From Hyphomicrobiaceae bacterium (GTDB taxonomy: Bacteria; Pseudomonadota; Alphaproteobacteria; Rhizobiales; Hyphomicrobiaceae): a stretch of 64,000 bases of DNA. The position numbers and the translations under genes were made by a program. Below are positions 1 to 9,968 of the stretch, one piece after another. How positions within the stretch are numbered: position 1 is the first letter of the stretch; every line of letters starts with the position of its first letter. Location of the stretch: positions 4,942 through 68,941 of the forward strand of contig JANRIT010000081.1 in assembly GCA_033764645.1 (NCBI GenBank). The letters are read 5' to 3'. Below the pieces are notes generated by a model. It did no database searches and was not told the origin of the DNA. It worked only from the letters and a program-made list of their open reading frames with translations.

Positions 1-315
1 CGCCTCGTCGATCGTCTCGGCAACGGCCTCGAACGTGACGACGCACGCCTGTTGCAGGTGTGCGATCACACGGCCGGCGAGAACGAAACGGCCCGCGCCG
101 GCGGGACGCAGGCGATAGCGCACATCCACCCGATCGACGGCGACGACGCCTAGAAGGTCCAGCAGGGCCGCGCGCTCCTCCGGGCTCGCCTCACGCTCGA
201 CTACGAGACCGGCCGACGGGATCGCGCCCACCTTGTGGGCGAACGCTGCGAAAGGGCTGGCGCCGCCGGCGGCTTGTGACGCATCAGCGGCTCCTGGGGA
301 GGTATGCTCGGGCAT
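1..315 (-). CDS. YceD/DUF177 family protein, 5' part only (gene runs off the left edge)
   Basis: Hand translation of the minus strand from ATG 315..313 stays open to the window edge (MPEHTSPGAADASQ...EERAALLDLLGVVAVDRVDVRYRL...LQQACVVTFEAVAETIDEA). It resembles alphaproteobacterial DUF177 proteins. It is absent from the ORF track because there is no stop inside the window. Confidence 0.55.
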   Translation of the reverse strand, partial: MPEHTSPGAADASQAAGGASPFAAFAHKVGAIPSAGLVVEREASPEERAALLDLLGVVAVDRVDVRYRLRPAGAGRFVLAGRVIAHLQQACVVTFEAVAETIDEA

Positions 316-334
316 GGTGTGGTCGGCCTCCGGG

Positions 335-889
335 TCAAGCGTCGGGAGCGAGCGGCGCCCCGGCCAGTAGCCTGTCGAGCGGCGTGGCGGCAACCCGGTC
401 GTTGATGGTTGCGAGGTCGGCGGCAAGGGCGGCGAAGTCGATGGGCGTCGGGGAGACAGCGGGGTCTTCGGCATCCGGCAGACCCGCCATGGCCTCGGCG
501 AGCGCGCGTGCAAGCGCGGCGCGATCCCCCGACGGGCCCAGCGACGGCCGATAGAGCTCGGCCCGCTCCCACAGCCCGGCGGCGGCACGGCGCACCTTCT
601 TGGGCACCGACAGGTCGCCGACGCCGATCTCGCGCATGCAATCGTCCATATCGATGACGAAGCGCTCGATCAGATCGCGGCTCAGGGGCGCCGTCGCGTC
701 GCCTTCGGCGCGCAGGCGCTCGAGTACGATCACCAAGTGGACGACCACCATCTCGTAGCGGCCCTCGGTCGTATCGGGCACGTTCACGTCGCGATACAGC
801 TCAGGCCTGCGGGCGGAGGCGATGACCGCCTCGTAGACCGTCTCGACAGTTGCCCGGTGGGCTTTGCGCGCGCTCAGCCAATTGAACAT
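335..889 (-). CDS. ubiquinol-cytochrome c chaperone family protein (Cbp3/UQCC1-like)
   Basis: 184-aa ORF with an ATG start. The sequence (RPELYRD..VPDTTEGRYEMVVVHLVIVLERL...DMDDCMREIGVGDLSVPKKVR) matches the Ubiq_cyt_C_chap family as I remember it. Typical neighbour of DUF177 and bamE in alphaproteobacteria. Confidence 0.75.
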   Translation of the reverse strand: MFNWLSARKAHRATVETVYEAVIASARRPELYRDVNVPDTTEGRYEMVVVHLVIVLERLRAEGDATAPLSRDLIERFVIDMDDCMREIGVGDLSVPKKVRRAAAGLWERAELYRPSLGPSGDRAALARALAEAMAGLPDAEDPAVSPTPIDFAALAADLATINDRVAATPLDRLLAGAPLAPDA

Positions 890-1101
890 GTCGTCGCCTT
901 CCGGCCATGATCCTGATCGATGTGAAGAAACTGTCCGCTACGGCGACCGTCGTGCGCATTGCTCGGCGGTTCACGGCGCGCTACCCGGTCGAAGCTGGAC
1001 AGGCACCGATTCTCGCCGGCACTGCCACTGACGCGGCAGGTTCGCCGCCAGTTCAGTGCCCAAGGCCGGGTAGCGGTAGCATCGAAACGCGTGAAGATCG
1101 A

Positions 1102-1662
1102 ATGTCGACCATGCTCCGGGGAGGGAGAATGCGCCACATCGACCACACTGCGAACAGCCAGGCCGAAGGCCGTGCTGCGCCTCGTCGTGCGCACGAGCGG
1201 CGTGCTTCCCGCTCGGGGCTCGCCATTGCCATGGCGGTGGCCGGCTCGGTCCTCGCCGGCGGCTGCTCGGAGCAGGTGATCAAGCACGGCCAATATTTTA
1301 CTCAGGGCGACCTGCAGCAGGTGCAGCCCGGGATGAGCAAGGATCAGGTGCGCCTGTCGCTCGGCACGCCGTCGACGACGACGACCGCGACGACCGATGG
1401 CGGCGAAGCCTACTATTACATCTCCTCGACGGCCAAGCAGGCGGCGTTCTTCAAGCCCTCCGAAGTCGACCGGCAGATCGTCGCGGTCTACTTCAACCCG
1501 CTCGGCTCGGTCGACCGCATCGCCAACTACGGGCTCAAGGACGGCAAGGTGTTCGACTACATCTCCGAGACGACGCCAGCACCGGGTGGCACTGACGAGG
1601 GTCTCCTCAAGCAACTCTTCCGCGGTCTCGGCACGCGCCAGATCTTCGGCCAGGATGGCTGA
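1102..1662 (+). CDS. bamE: outer membrane protein assembly factor BamE (SmpA/OmlA lipoprotein)
   Basis: Internal ATG at 1102 of ORF 907..1662. Lipobox LAGGC. Conserved GMSKDQVRLSLGTPS and YYYISS motifs of the BamE/OmlA family. Confidence 0.8.
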   Translation: MSTMLRGGRMRHIDHTANSQAEGRAAPRRAHERRASRSGLAIAMAVAGSVLAGGCSEQVIKHGQYFTQGDLQQVQPGMSKDQVRLSLGTPSTTTTATTDGGEAYYYISSTAKQAAFFKPSEVDRQIVAVYFNPLGSVDRIANYGLKDGKVFDYISETTPAPGGTDEGLLKQLFRGLGTRQIFGQDG

Positions 1663-1711
1663 GGCGAGCACGTTTGCCGCGTATCCGGCCGGCGCCGATC
1701 GCTTCGCGTCA

Positions 1712-1748
1712 TGAAAAAGCCCCGCCGGTCGCCGGCGGGGCTTTTTGT
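1712..1748. terminator. bidirectional rho-independent terminator between convergent bamE and hppA
   Basis: AAAAAGCCCCGCCGG-TCG-CCGGCGGGGCTTTTTG. GC stem of about 10 bp flanked by an A-run and a T-run, so it gives a U-tract in both orientations. Confidence 0.7.
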
Positions 1749-1776
1749 TTGCGAGACGGCTTGGGGTGCCGGCCGA

Positions 1777-3927
1777 TCAATGCGCCAGCACGGCCAGCAG
1801 CAGGAGGGCCACGATGTTGGTGATCTTGATGGCCGGGTTCACGGCCGGGCCGGCGGTGTCCTTGTAGGGGTCGCCGACCGTATCGCCCGTTACCGAGGCC
1901 TTGTGCGCGTCGGTGCCCTTGAGGTGCTTCACGCCGTCCTTGTCGACGAAGCCATCCTCGAAGGACTTCTTGGCGTTGTCCCAGGCGCCGCCGCCGGAGG
2001 TCATCGAGATGGCGACGAAGAGGCCCGTGACGATGACGCCGAGCAGCATGGCGCCGACCGCCGAGAAGGCCGCCGACTTGCCGTCCACGCCACCGCCGGC
2101 GATGTAGTAGATGACGCCGAACAGAACGATCGGCGACAGCACCGGCAACAGCGAGGGGATGACCATCTCCTTGATCGCCGCCTTGGTCAGAATGTCGACG
2201 GCGGTCGCGTAATCGGGCTTGTCGGTGCCCTTCATGATGCCGGGCTTGGCCTTGAACTGGCGACGGACCTCCTCGACGATGGAGCCGGCCGCGCGTCCCA
2301 CCGCCGTCATGGCGATGCCGCCGAACAGGTAGGGAATGAGGCCGCCGAGCAGCAGGCCGACGACGACGTAGGGGTTGTCGAGGCCGAAGTCCGGCTTGAC
2401 GCCGGCAAAGAAGGGATACTTGTCGGCGTTCGCGACAAAATACTTGAGGTCGTAGTTGTAGGCGGCGAACAGCACGAGCGCGCCGAGGCCGGCCGAGCCG
2501 ATGGCGTAGCCCTTGGTCACGGCCTTCGTCGTGTTGCCGACGGCGTCGAGGGCGTCCGTCGAGCGGCGCACCTCCTTCGGCAGGCCCGCCATCTCGGCGA
2601 TGCCGCCGGCGTTGTCGGTGACCGGACCAAAGGCGTCGAGGGCCACGACCATGCCGGCCAAGCCGAGCATCGTGGTCGTGGCGATCGCGGTGCCGTAAAG
2701 CCCAGCGAGGTTGTAGGTCGACAGGATGCCGGCGACGATGACGAGCGTCGGCAGCGCGGTCGATTCGAGCGAGACGGCGAGACCCTGGATGACGTTCGTG
2801 CCGTGCCCGGTAACGGAGGCCTGGCTGATCGAGCGGACAGGCGCGTACCCGATGCCGGTGTAGTATTCCGTGATCCAGACGATGAGGCCCGTCACGGCGA
2901 GGCCGACGAGGCCGCAGAGGAACAGGTTCTGGCCGGTGATCGTGACGCCGTCGATGGTCTTGGCGACCTCGCCCCAGTTGCCGCCGAGGACGAAGTGGTT
3001 GGCCGCGTAGAGACCCGCGACCGACAGCACGGCGGACGCGATGAAGCCCTTGTAGAGCGCGCCCATGATGGAATTGTTGGCGCCGAGCTTGACGAAGAAC
3101 GTGCCGATGATCGACGTCACGATGCAGGCCGCGCAGATGGCGAGCGGGTAGACCATCATGGTCGCGGAGCCGGAAAACAGGATCGCGCCGAGCACCATGG
3201 TCGCGACGATCGTCACGGCATAGGTCTCGAACAGGTCGGCGGCCATGCCGGCGCAGTCGCCGACGTTGTCGCCCACGTTGTCGGCAATGGTCGCGGGGTT
3301 GCGCGGGTCGTCCTCCGGGATGCCGGCCTCGACCTTGCCGACGAGATCGCCGCCGACGTCGGCACCCTTCGTGAAGATGCCGCCGCCGAGACGGGCGAAG
3401 ATCGAGATGAGGGAAGCGCCGAAGCCAAGCGCGACGAGGCTGTCGATGACGACGCGGCTGCCGGGCTGGAGGGCGAGCGGCCCGGTCAGGATGAAGTAGT
3501 AGATTACCACGCCGAGGAGGGCGAGGCCGGCGACCAGCATGCCGGTGACGGCGCCGGCCTTGAAGGCGATATCGAGGCCGGCGGCGAGCGACTGGGCGGC
3601 GGCCTGCGCGGTGCGCACGTTGGCGCGGACCGAGACGTGCATGCCGACGAAGCCGGCGATGCCCGACAGCACGGCGCCGATCAGGAAGCCGACCGCGACA
3701 AGGCCGCCGAGCAGCGCCCAGGCGGCAACGAAGATGACCGCGCCGACGATCGCAATCGTCGTGTACTGGCGGGCGAGGTAGGCCTGCGCACCTTCACGGA
3801 TGGCGCCCGCGATCTCCTGCATGCGGGCGTTGCCGGCATCCGCCGCCATCACGGATTGGATGGTGTAGGCCGCGTAGACGAGGGAGAGTGCGCCGCACCC
3901 GATGATCCCCCACAAGATCTGATCCAT
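1777..3927 (-). CDS. hppA: membrane-bound proton-translocating pyrophosphatase (H+-PPase)
   Basis: The ORF 1777..3954 product aligns along its full length with H+-PPases ([82 protein letters not shown]). I prefer ATG 3927 (MDQILW...), which has a GGAGG upstream. The track start 3954 is GTG. Confidence 0.95.
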   Translation of the reverse strand: MDQILWGIIGCGALSLVYAAYTIQSVMAADAGNARMQEIAGAIREGAQAYLARQYTTIAIVGAVIFVAAWALLGGLVAVGFLIGAVLSGIAGFVGMHVSVRANVRTAQAAAQSLAAGLDIAFKAGAVTGMLVAGLALLGVVIYYFILTGPLALQPGSRVVIDSLVALGFGASLISIFARLGGGIFTKGADVGGDLVGKVEAGIPEDDPRNPATIADNVGDNVGDCAGMAADLFETYAVTIVATMVLGAILFSGSATMMVYPLAICAACIVTSIIGTFFVKLGANNSIMGALYKGFIASAVLSVAGLYAANHFVLGGNWGEVAKTIDGVTITGQNLFLCGLVGLAVTGLIVWITEYYTGIGYAPVRSISQASVTGHGTNVIQGLAVSLESTALPTLVIVAGILSTYNLAGLYGTAIATTTMLGLAGMVVALDAFGPVTDNAGGIAEMAGLPKEVRRSTDALDAVGNTTKAVTKGYAIGSAGLGALVLFAAYNYDLKYFVANADKYPFFAGVKPDFGLDNPYVVVGLLLGGLIPYLFGGIAMTAVGRAAGSIVEEVRRQFKAKPGIMKGTDKPDYATAVDILTKAAIKEMVIPSLLPVLSPIVLFGVIYYIAGGGVDGKSAAFSAVGAMLLGVIVTGLFVAISMTSGGGAWDNAKKSFEDGFVDKDGVKHLKGTDAHKASVTGDTVGDPYKDTAGPAVNPAIKITNIVALLLLAVLAH

Positions 3928-4211
3928 GACGTCGTTTCCCTCCGGGCCGTCCACGATGGCTGTTCATTGCGGCGCCGCGCCTGCGACACCGGCCATCTCC
4001 ACCCCTGCTGGCGGGAGGCGGCGCGGACCATGCCAAAAGAGACCTTGCGTTGCAACACGGGCACATCGGCCATTGGTTGAAGCCCGTTAGATTTTCCAAC
4101 GACATAGACAACGCTGACGAAAATTGGCCACGCCGGGGTGCGGCATCGTGGCCGGCCACCCAAGCAAATGGCCCGCCATGCCAGCTTTTCGGACCGAGGA
4201 CGACGACAGCC

Positions 4212-5051
4212 ATGCCGACACCAGCACCAGCCGACACCAGACCTCCCGGCTTTCACCCGACATTCGAGCCGGTCGACGGCCGTGGCATCAACGCGCTGGC
4301 CGCCGCCTTCGGCCTGTCGTCGGAGAGCACACGGCTCGCCGCCGACCGCCTCGACGACGTGCTGCAGGCGCGGCTCGAACGGCTCGCGCTGTCGCGCGGC
4401 GGCGTCACCGATGTGCTTGGCCTGATCGGCATGGCGCGGTGGGACGCGCTGCCGCTCGACGCGGCGAGCCTGAAGAGCGATGAGGTGCGCGTTGCCGGTG
4501 ACGCCGCGCTCGCCGTGCTCCTCGGCGACAAGCATCAGAGCCGCGTGATCGCCGAGCGCATCGCGCGTGAGGCCGGGCTGGCGGTCGCCGATGCGAAGCG
4601 CATGCTTCCGGTGATCGCAGCGCTCTTCATGCGGGGCGCGCGGCTCAGCGCGGCGGCCCCCGTCGCCGCCCTCGCACAGCGTCTGCCGGTGGCAGCGGCA
4701 AACGCCGCGCTGGCGTTCGATGGGCAGGCCCCGCTGCCGCTGCCCGGCGAGCCGCCGGGCGGCGCGGCGCCGCGCAGTGATCCGTTCCGCGATTTGTCTG
4801 ACATTCTTCGTCGCGACGGACGCTCGGCTCCGCTGCCGCTACCCGAGGGGCCGGGCGGGCGCCCGGCGCCTGGAAGCGAGATCGAGATGCCGCGCGGCGG
4901 ATCGCTGTGGTCGATCGTGCGCGCGCTCATCGCCCGCGCGCTCAACTTCCGCTCCAACGGGATCGTCGGCTGGATCGTGCAGTACATCGTGCTGCGCTAC
5001 GGCTGGCGCATCCTGAGTTTCATCCTCGGCCGCGTGTTTGGCCGGCGCTGA
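4212..5051 (+). CDS. DUF937-like protein with C-terminal hydrophobic helix
   Basis: Internal ATG 4212 of ORF 4050..5051. Repeated 'GLS...A...LP.I..L' helices resemble DUF937. Pro/Gly-rich linker and a C-terminal membrane-like segment (WIVQYIVLRYGWRILSFILG). Confidence 0.5.
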   Translation: MPTPAPADTRPPGFHPTFEPVDGRGINALAAAFGLSSESTRLAADRLDDVLQARLERLALSRGGVTDVLGLIGMARWDALPLDAASLKSDEVRVAGDAALAVLLGDKHQSRVIAERIAREAGLAVADAKRMLPVIAALFMRGARLSAAAPVAALAQRLPVAAANAALAFDGQAPLPLPGEPPGGAAPRSDPFRDLSDILRRDGRSAPLPLPEGPGGRPAPGSEIEMPRGGSLWSIVRALIARALNFRSNGIVGWIVQYIVLRYGWRILSFILGRVFGRR

Positions 5052-5065
5052 GAGCGCGACGGGCG

Positions 5066-5112
5066 CGCGAAAAACAACCGAGGCCGCAGCGTGGGCATCG
5101 CTGCGGCCTCGG
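5066..5112 (-). terminator. rho-independent terminator downstream of the 5224..5577 gene
   Basis: Perfect 14-bp stem CCGAGGCCGCAGCG (5078-5091) / CGCTGCGGCCTCGG (5099-5112) with a 7-nt loop. On the minus strand it is followed by TTGTTTTTCG. Confidence 0.6.
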
Positions 5113-5223
5113 TCGGGTTCGGCGATCTTCGAACAGGGTCTCGTTGCTCGAGACCATGCCGTAGGAGAGGTGCGTGTTACGCGCGCCGGCTCATCCTGCG
5201 ATGACCGGCATCGTGACCAATCG

Positions 5224-5577
5224 TCAGCGACGCGACTTGCCGAGACAAGGCCGTGCCTCGATCTGGCAGGACCAGCCCGAAGAGGACTCGCTACAGTCCA
5301 CCTGCTTGCCCGTCGCCAGATTGAAGCTCGCCCAGTCCGAGCCGTACTCGAAATCAGTGAAACTCTGCCAACTCGCAATAGCATCGCTGAGCGCTGCCTT
5401 CTTGGTCGACTTGGTGCCGCTCGTGCCACCGTAATGATAGTGGTCCGACATGCACGTGCGGCCGCCGACCTTCGTCCAGGAATGCATACTCGCCATGCCC
5501 GTCTGATCGGCGACGGCGAGCGTCGGCAGCAGCAGGGTTGCACATGCGAGAAGTAGAGCTGGAACGTTGCGCATCAT
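5224..5577 (-). CDS. small secreted protein, 4 Cys, family not recognised
   Basis: Internal ATG of ORF 5224..5751, directly preceded by AGGAAG. Clear signal peptide (MMRNVPALLLACATLLLPTLAVA). The mature part has 4 Cys and a HYHYGG motif. Confidence 0.5.
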   Translation of the reverse strand: MMRNVPALLLACATLLLPTLAVADQTGMASMHSWTKVGGRTCMSDHYHYGGTSGTKSTKKAALSDAIASWQSFTDFEYGSDWASFNLATGKQVDCSESSSGWSCQIEARPCLGKSRR

Positions 5578-5926
5578 CTTCCTGACCTCGACGGGTGCGC
5601 TCAACGGCGCTCGGTGGGAGACTGACAGATTCCCCGCGCCGGCTCGATCCGTCGCAGTTGAACCTCGAAACAAAGCCAGGCGCGCGCTGCACTTCGGACA
5701 CAGCCCGGTATCGGACACGAGTGGCACAGACATCTTGCCCAAATTCGTCATTCAGATCTTGTGGTTGGTCAAGGGGCATGGGCGCGGGAGCGGGCCTGGC
5801 ACGGCCTTCCTCGAGCCGGCTGGCGGGCGTATGCGGCTTTTCGTCATGGGCTGCCGGCCTGGGCTCTCCGCCGGCCGTGGTGCTAGCCATCCTTCACCCG
5901 ATGCCCGTCAAGCGTGAGTTCGATCG

Positions 5927-6340
5927 ATGCCCGCCCATCCGTATGGCCGTACCAACCGCGTCGGCACCGTGATCGCCCGTGCGTTCGCGCTTTGTCTAGC
6001 GATGATCGCGGCAACGATGGCCGGTCCCAGCGTTGCGCATCATTCTTTCGTGACCAAGTACGATGGTCAGCGCGTCGTCACGCTGAAGGGGACGATCGGC
6101 GCGGTCAGCTTTACGAATCCGCACATCTTTTTTTTCATTTCGACCGCGAACGGCACGTGGCGCGTCGAGACCGAAAGCATACCGAAAGTGGCCGGCAAGG
6201 GGCTCACCGAGGCCCTGCTGCAGGACGGCGCCGAGGCGACCGTGACGGGCTGGCCGGCGCGCGACGGCAGCGCGGAAGTCGGCCTCAAGTCGATCACCAT
6301 CAAGGGCCGCACGATCACGATCCGCACGACGGCCCGCTGA
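5927..6340 (+). CDS. secreted DUF6152-like protein
   Basis: ATG start and a signal peptide ending ...GPSVA|HHSF. The AHHSF...TLKGT...F.NPH pattern matches what I recall of the DUF6152 family. Confidence 0.55.
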   Translation: MPAHPYGRTNRVGTVIARAFALCLAMIAATMAGPSVAHHSFVTKYDGQRVVTLKGTIGAVSFTNPHIFFFISTANGTWRVETESIPKVAGKGLTEALLQDGAEATVTGWPARDGSAEVGLKSITIKGRTITIRTTAR

Positions 6341-6359
6341 GCACGGGACAGACCGAGCC

Positions 6360-6878
6360 ATGGCAACGTCAGCCGTCGTCGACTGGGGTGCATGGGCAGG
6401 CCTGTGGGAGGCGATCGCAGCGAGCCCCATCGCGCGCACGGTCGCAGAGGCGCCTTGGGCTTACCCCGCGCTGGAGGCGGTCCACCTTCTCGGCATCGCG
6501 CTCCTCGTCGGGCCGATCCTCGTGTTCGACCTCAGCGTGCTCGGGCTGACGCGGCCGATCGACCGGGCCACCGCGCAGGGTCTGCTACTGCCGTTCGTGT
6601 GGGTCGGCTTTGCCGTCAATGTCGTCAGCGGAGGGCTACTGTTCGCCTCGAACGCGGTCGAGTTCGCGGGCAATCCGGCGTTCCTCGCCAAGATCGCGCT
6701 GATCGTCGTCGCGGGCCTCAACGCAGCCGTGTTCCAGGCCCGCTTTACGGCGAGCGCGGCGCCGCTCGCCACCGGGCACGCAGAGCCACAACGCCTCGCC
6801 GAGGCGGGAGCGCTCCTGTCTCTCGTCACCTGGGTGGCGGTGCTGGTGGCGGGGCGGCTCATCGCCTACGTCGGATGA
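6360..6878 (+). CDS. integral membrane protein (about 4 TM), family uncertain
   Basis: 172-aa hydrophobic ORF starting 20 nt after the DUF6152-like gene. The product has 4 hydrophobic segments, and the spacing suggests co-transcription. Confidence 0.55.
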   Translation: MATSAVVDWGAWAGLWEAIAASPIARTVAEAPWAYPALEAVHLLGIALLVGPILVFDLSVLGLTRPIDRATAQGLLLPFVWVGFAVNVVSGGLLFASNAVEFAGNPAFLAKIALIVVAGLNAAVFQARFTASAAPLATGHAEPQRLAEAGALLSLVTWVAVLVAGRLIAYVG

Positions 6879-6949
6879 GCCGCCAACTGCGCCTCCTGCT
6901 CGGGCGGTTGCCCGTTGTGAAGCCCGCGCAATGCTCATAAGTGTTGGCG

Positions 6950-8371
6950 ATGATCACACCTCGCGCGGTTCACGTCATCGGCGGCGGACTCGCCGGCTCG
7001 GAAGCGGCCTTCCAGATCGCCGAGCGCGGCGTGCCGGTGGTACTGCACGAGATGCGGCCGGTGCGCGGCACGGACGCGCACCACACCGACAAGCTCGCCG
7101 AACTCGTCTGCTCCAACTCGTTCCGCTCCGACGACTGGCAGAACAACGCCGTCGGCCTCTTGCACGAGGAGATGCGCAGGGCGGGCTCCCTCGTCATGCG
7201 GGCGGCCGACCGCCACAAGCTGCCCGCCGGCGGCGCGCTCGCCGTCGATCGCGACCTTTTCGCCGGGGAGGTGACGGCGACCCTCACCGCCCATCCGCTC
7301 GTCACCATCGAACGCGGCGAGGTCGAAGGCCTGCCGCCCGACGACTGGGACAGCGTCATCATCGCCACCGGGCCGCTGACCTCGCCGGCCCTGTCGCAAG
7401 CGATCCTCGCGGCGAGCGGCTCGGATGCGCTCGCCTTCTTCGACGCCATCGCCCCCATCGTGCACGCCGAGACGATCGACATGGCGCGCGCCTGGCGGCA
7501 GTCGCGCTATGACAAGGCGGGGCCCGGCGGCACCGGTGCGGACTACATCAATTGCCCGATGAGCCGCCCGGAGTACGAAGCGTTCATCGACGCGCTGCTC
7601 GCCGGCGAGAAGACCTCGTTCAAGGAGTGGGAGGCCTCCACGCCCTATTTCGACGGCTGCCTGCCGATCGAGGTGATGGCCGAACGGGGCCGCGAGACGC
7701 TGCGATTCGGGCCCATGAAGCCGGTCGGGCTCGCCAATCCGCACGAGGGCGGCGCGCGGCCCTACGCGGTCGTGCAACTGCGCCAGGACAACGCGCTCGG
7801 CACGCTGTGGAACCTCGTCGGCTTCCAGACGAAACTCAAGCACGCCGAGCAGGTGCGCATCTTCCGCACGATACCGGGCCTGGAAGAGGCGCAGTTCGCG
7901 CGACTCGGCGGGCTGCATCGCAATACCTTTCTCAATTCCCCGCGCGTGCTCGATGCGCAGTTGCGGCTCAGGGCCGTGCCGCGGCTGCGGTTTGCCGGAC
8001 AGATCACGGGCGTCGAAGGCTATGTCGAGAGTGCCGCCATCGGCCTCGTGGCCGGGCGCCTCGCCGCCGAGGAGCGCCTGGGGCTTCCGCCGCGCCTGCC
8101 GCCGGCGACGACGGCGCTCGGCGCACTCGTTGCGCACATCACCGGCGGGCATATCGTCGAGGCCGCCGAGGCGGATGCGACGGAAGACGGACGTTCGCGT
8201 CCGCGCAGCTTCCAGCCCATGAACATCAACTTCGGCCTCATGCCCCCGGCCGTCCCGCCCAAGACCGGCGCTGATGGCCGGCCAATCAAGGGCAAGGACA
8301 AGGGATTTGCCAGAAAGCGCGCGCAGTCCGAGCGGGCGCTCGCCGATCTCGCCGGCTGGCTGGCGACCTGA
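6950..8371 (+). CDS. trmFO: methylenetetrahydrofolate--tRNA-(uracil-5-)-methyltransferase TrmFO
   Basis: N-terminal [17 protein letters not shown]-binding motif and full-length TrmFO/Gid similarity ([31 protein letters not shown]). ATG 6950 is preferred over GTG 6941. Confidence 0.9.
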   Translation: MITPRAVHVIGGGLAGSEAAFQIAERGVPVVLHEMRPVRGTDAHHTDKLAELVCSNSFRSDDWQNNAVGLLHEEMRRAGSLVMRAADRHKLPAGGALAVDRDLFAGEVTATLTAHPLVTIERGEVEGLPPDDWDSVIIATGPLTSPALSQAILAASGSDALAFFDAIAPIVHAETIDMARAWRQSRYDKAGPGGTGADYINCPMSRPEYEAFIDALLAGEKTSFKEWEASTPYFDGCLPIEVMAERGRETLRFGPMKPVGLANPHEGGARPYAVVQLRQDNALGTLWNLVGFQTKLKHAEQVRIFRTIPGLEEAQFARLGGLHRNTFLNSPRVLDAQLRLRAVPRLRFAGQITGVEGYVESAAIGLVAGRLAAEERLGLPPRLPPATTALGALVAHITGGHIVEAAEADATEDGRSRPRSFQPMNINFGLMPPAVPPKTGADGRPIKGKDKGFARKRAQSERALADLAGWLAT

Positions 8372-8531
8372 CGCGGCCTTGGCGGCCGCTTGGCCGGCTC
8401 CCTGGCGGCCCGCCGACGACGGTGTTCCTTCCGGGACAGCGCGGCGAGGCATCAGCCTGCATTCTCCCTCCATCGAACGGGCCCTGGTGCCCACCCTCGC
8501 AGCGCACTGCGCACATCCCGGAGAGAGAACA

Positions 8532-9053
8532 ATGTCGAAGTCGATCATCGCCATCGCCGCCACGCTCGCCGTCGCCGCCATTACCTTCGCGGCGTCAGCC
8601 GAGGCCGGCGGCGGCTGCAACAAGGGCGGTTTCCGCGGCGGCTACCAGCACTTCCGCGCCGGCCCCGCCTACGACTTCCGCGCCGCCCAGGCGCGCCGCC
8701 AGGAAATCGCCCAGCGCAAGGCGGCAATCGTGGCGGCCAAGAAGGCAGAAGCCCAGCGCCGCCTTGCCGCCGCCTCCGCGCAGGAGCGCAAGGCAAAGCT
8801 CGCCGCTGCCGCCAGCACCGGAGATGATGTCGCCGAGGCCGCTCCCAAGAAGTCGAAGCCCCCGGTGGCGACTGTCGCGGCACTGCACAAGCCGCTCGCC
8901 GTCGAGGACGCCGGCGATGCTTCGCCGATCGTCAGCGATGCCGACCCGGACGAGGCCGGCGATGCGGCAGACGTCACGGAGGCCGCCCCCGCAACCTGCA
9001 AGCGCTTCATCGCCTCGGCTGGCCTGACCGTCGACGTGGCTTGCGCCGACTGA
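8532..9053 (+). CDS. secreted hypothetical protein (Ala/Lys-rich coiled region, acidic tail)
   Basis: Internal ATG 8532 of ORF 8274..9053 with GGAGAGAGA upstream. Signal peptide MSKSIIAIAATLAVAAITFAASAEA. Contains the motif GFRGGYQHFRAG. Confidence 0.55.
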   Translation: MSKSIIAIAATLAVAAITFAASAEAGGGCNKGGFRGGYQHFRAGPAYDFRAAQARRQEIAQRKAAIVAAKKAEAQRRLAAASAQERKAKLAAAASTGDDVAEAAPKKSKPPVATVAALHKPLAVEDAGDASPIVSDADPDEAGDAADVTEAAPATCKRFIASAGLTVDVACAD

Positions 9054-9085
9054 CGCACACGAACCCCTCAAGTTTTGGTGAAGCA

Positions 9086-9126
9086 GCCCGCGCGCTCCCC
9101 CAGCGCGCGGGCAATTTCCGTTTCCC
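9086..9126 (+). terminator. rho-independent terminator after the 8532..9053 gene
   Basis: GCCCGCGCGCT (9086-9096) / AGCGCGCGGGC (9102-9112), an 11-bp stem with a CCCCC loop, followed by AATTTCCGTTTCCC. Confidence 0.55.
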
Positions 9127-9349
9127 GTCCGATACAAGCGTTGCTATCGGCCGTCGTCGGACCTGCCACAAGTTCGACACGCCACGGACAGGATTGGGCG
9201 ATATCAATGGCTTGTCGGTGGCTTGAAGCCAAGGTTACGGCTCATGTGCGCACCGCGCTGCATTTCAGCCTGCAAAGGTTCTGCGTGAACTTGCGCGGCG
9301 GCCGCGCGTTGCATTTCCACAGAGGGCCAAACTCGAGGAGCGTTGCAGC

Positions 9350-9859
9350 ATGTTGTCATTCGAATGGGTGCGCAGACCGGCATCGGCCGTCGCACCACGC
9401 CGGGTCCGAGGATCCGTGCTGGGGCTGGCGTTCGTGCTGCCAGTCGCCGCAGCCGTCCTGGCCATGGGCCCGGCACACGCCGCGCCTGCTTCTGCGCCGG
9501 GGCTTGCGCAGACGGTCGACCAACTCAACCAATCGCTGGCGAGCGACGTGATCGAGGTGCGGCGCGGGCGCGGCTTCCGTGGTGGCCATTTCCGCGCCGG
9601 GCGCAGCTTCCGCAGCTACCGGACGGTCCGGCACTATCATCGCGGCGGCTACGGCCGGCGGCATTACGGCTACAAGCCCTATCGCTACCGCTACGCGAAG
9701 CACTACTACCACCGGCCATATCGCCGCTATTACCGGCCCTACGTCGTCTACGGCGGCTATGGCATCTACAATTACAACTCGTGCTACCTGCCGTGCCGGG
9801 CCGAGGGCTACAGCCGGCGCTACTGCCGCTATCACTGTGCAACGAACAGCTACTGGTAA
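9350..9859 (+). CDS. secreted, extremely basic Arg/Tyr/Gly-rich protein with C-terminal Cys motif
   Basis: ATG 9350 with GAGGAG 10 nt upstream. Signal peptide ...LAMGPAHA. The roughly 100-aa C-terminal part is dominated by R, Y, G and H (GFRGGHFRAG, YGYKPYRYRYAKHYYHRPYRRYYRPY) and ends CYLPC...YCRYHC. Confidence 0.55.
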   Translation: MLSFEWVRRPASAVAPRRVRGSVLGLAFVLPVAAAVLAMGPAHAAPASAPGLAQTVDQLNQSLASDVIEVRRGRGFRGGHFRAGRSFRSYRTVRHYHRGGYGRRHYGYKPYRYRYAKHYYHRPYRRYYRPYVVYGGYGIYNYNSCYLPCRAEGYSRRYCRYHCATNSYW

Positions 9860-9968
9860 GCAGCAGCACTCCTGACTGGCAACCACATGCCCAGCGCCCG
9901 CGACCGCAGCAGCGATCGCGGGCGTTGCCGTGTCGAGGGATTGCTCGAGGAATGGAGCGATCGGGCCA

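Noticed and set aside
1711-4080. A 789-aa plus-strand ORF antisense to hppA. Similar very long ORFs occur at 14633-16378, 32345-34429, 38824-40743, 41153-42691, 47832-50654, 52259-54769, 57097-59061, 6935-8623 and 16412-17524.
   Set aside because: All lie exactly antisense to, or out of frame with, genes that have strong family signatures. Their products are Arg/Gly/Asp/His/Ala-rich with no motifs. This is the usual stop-codon-poor antisense artefact of high-GC DNA.
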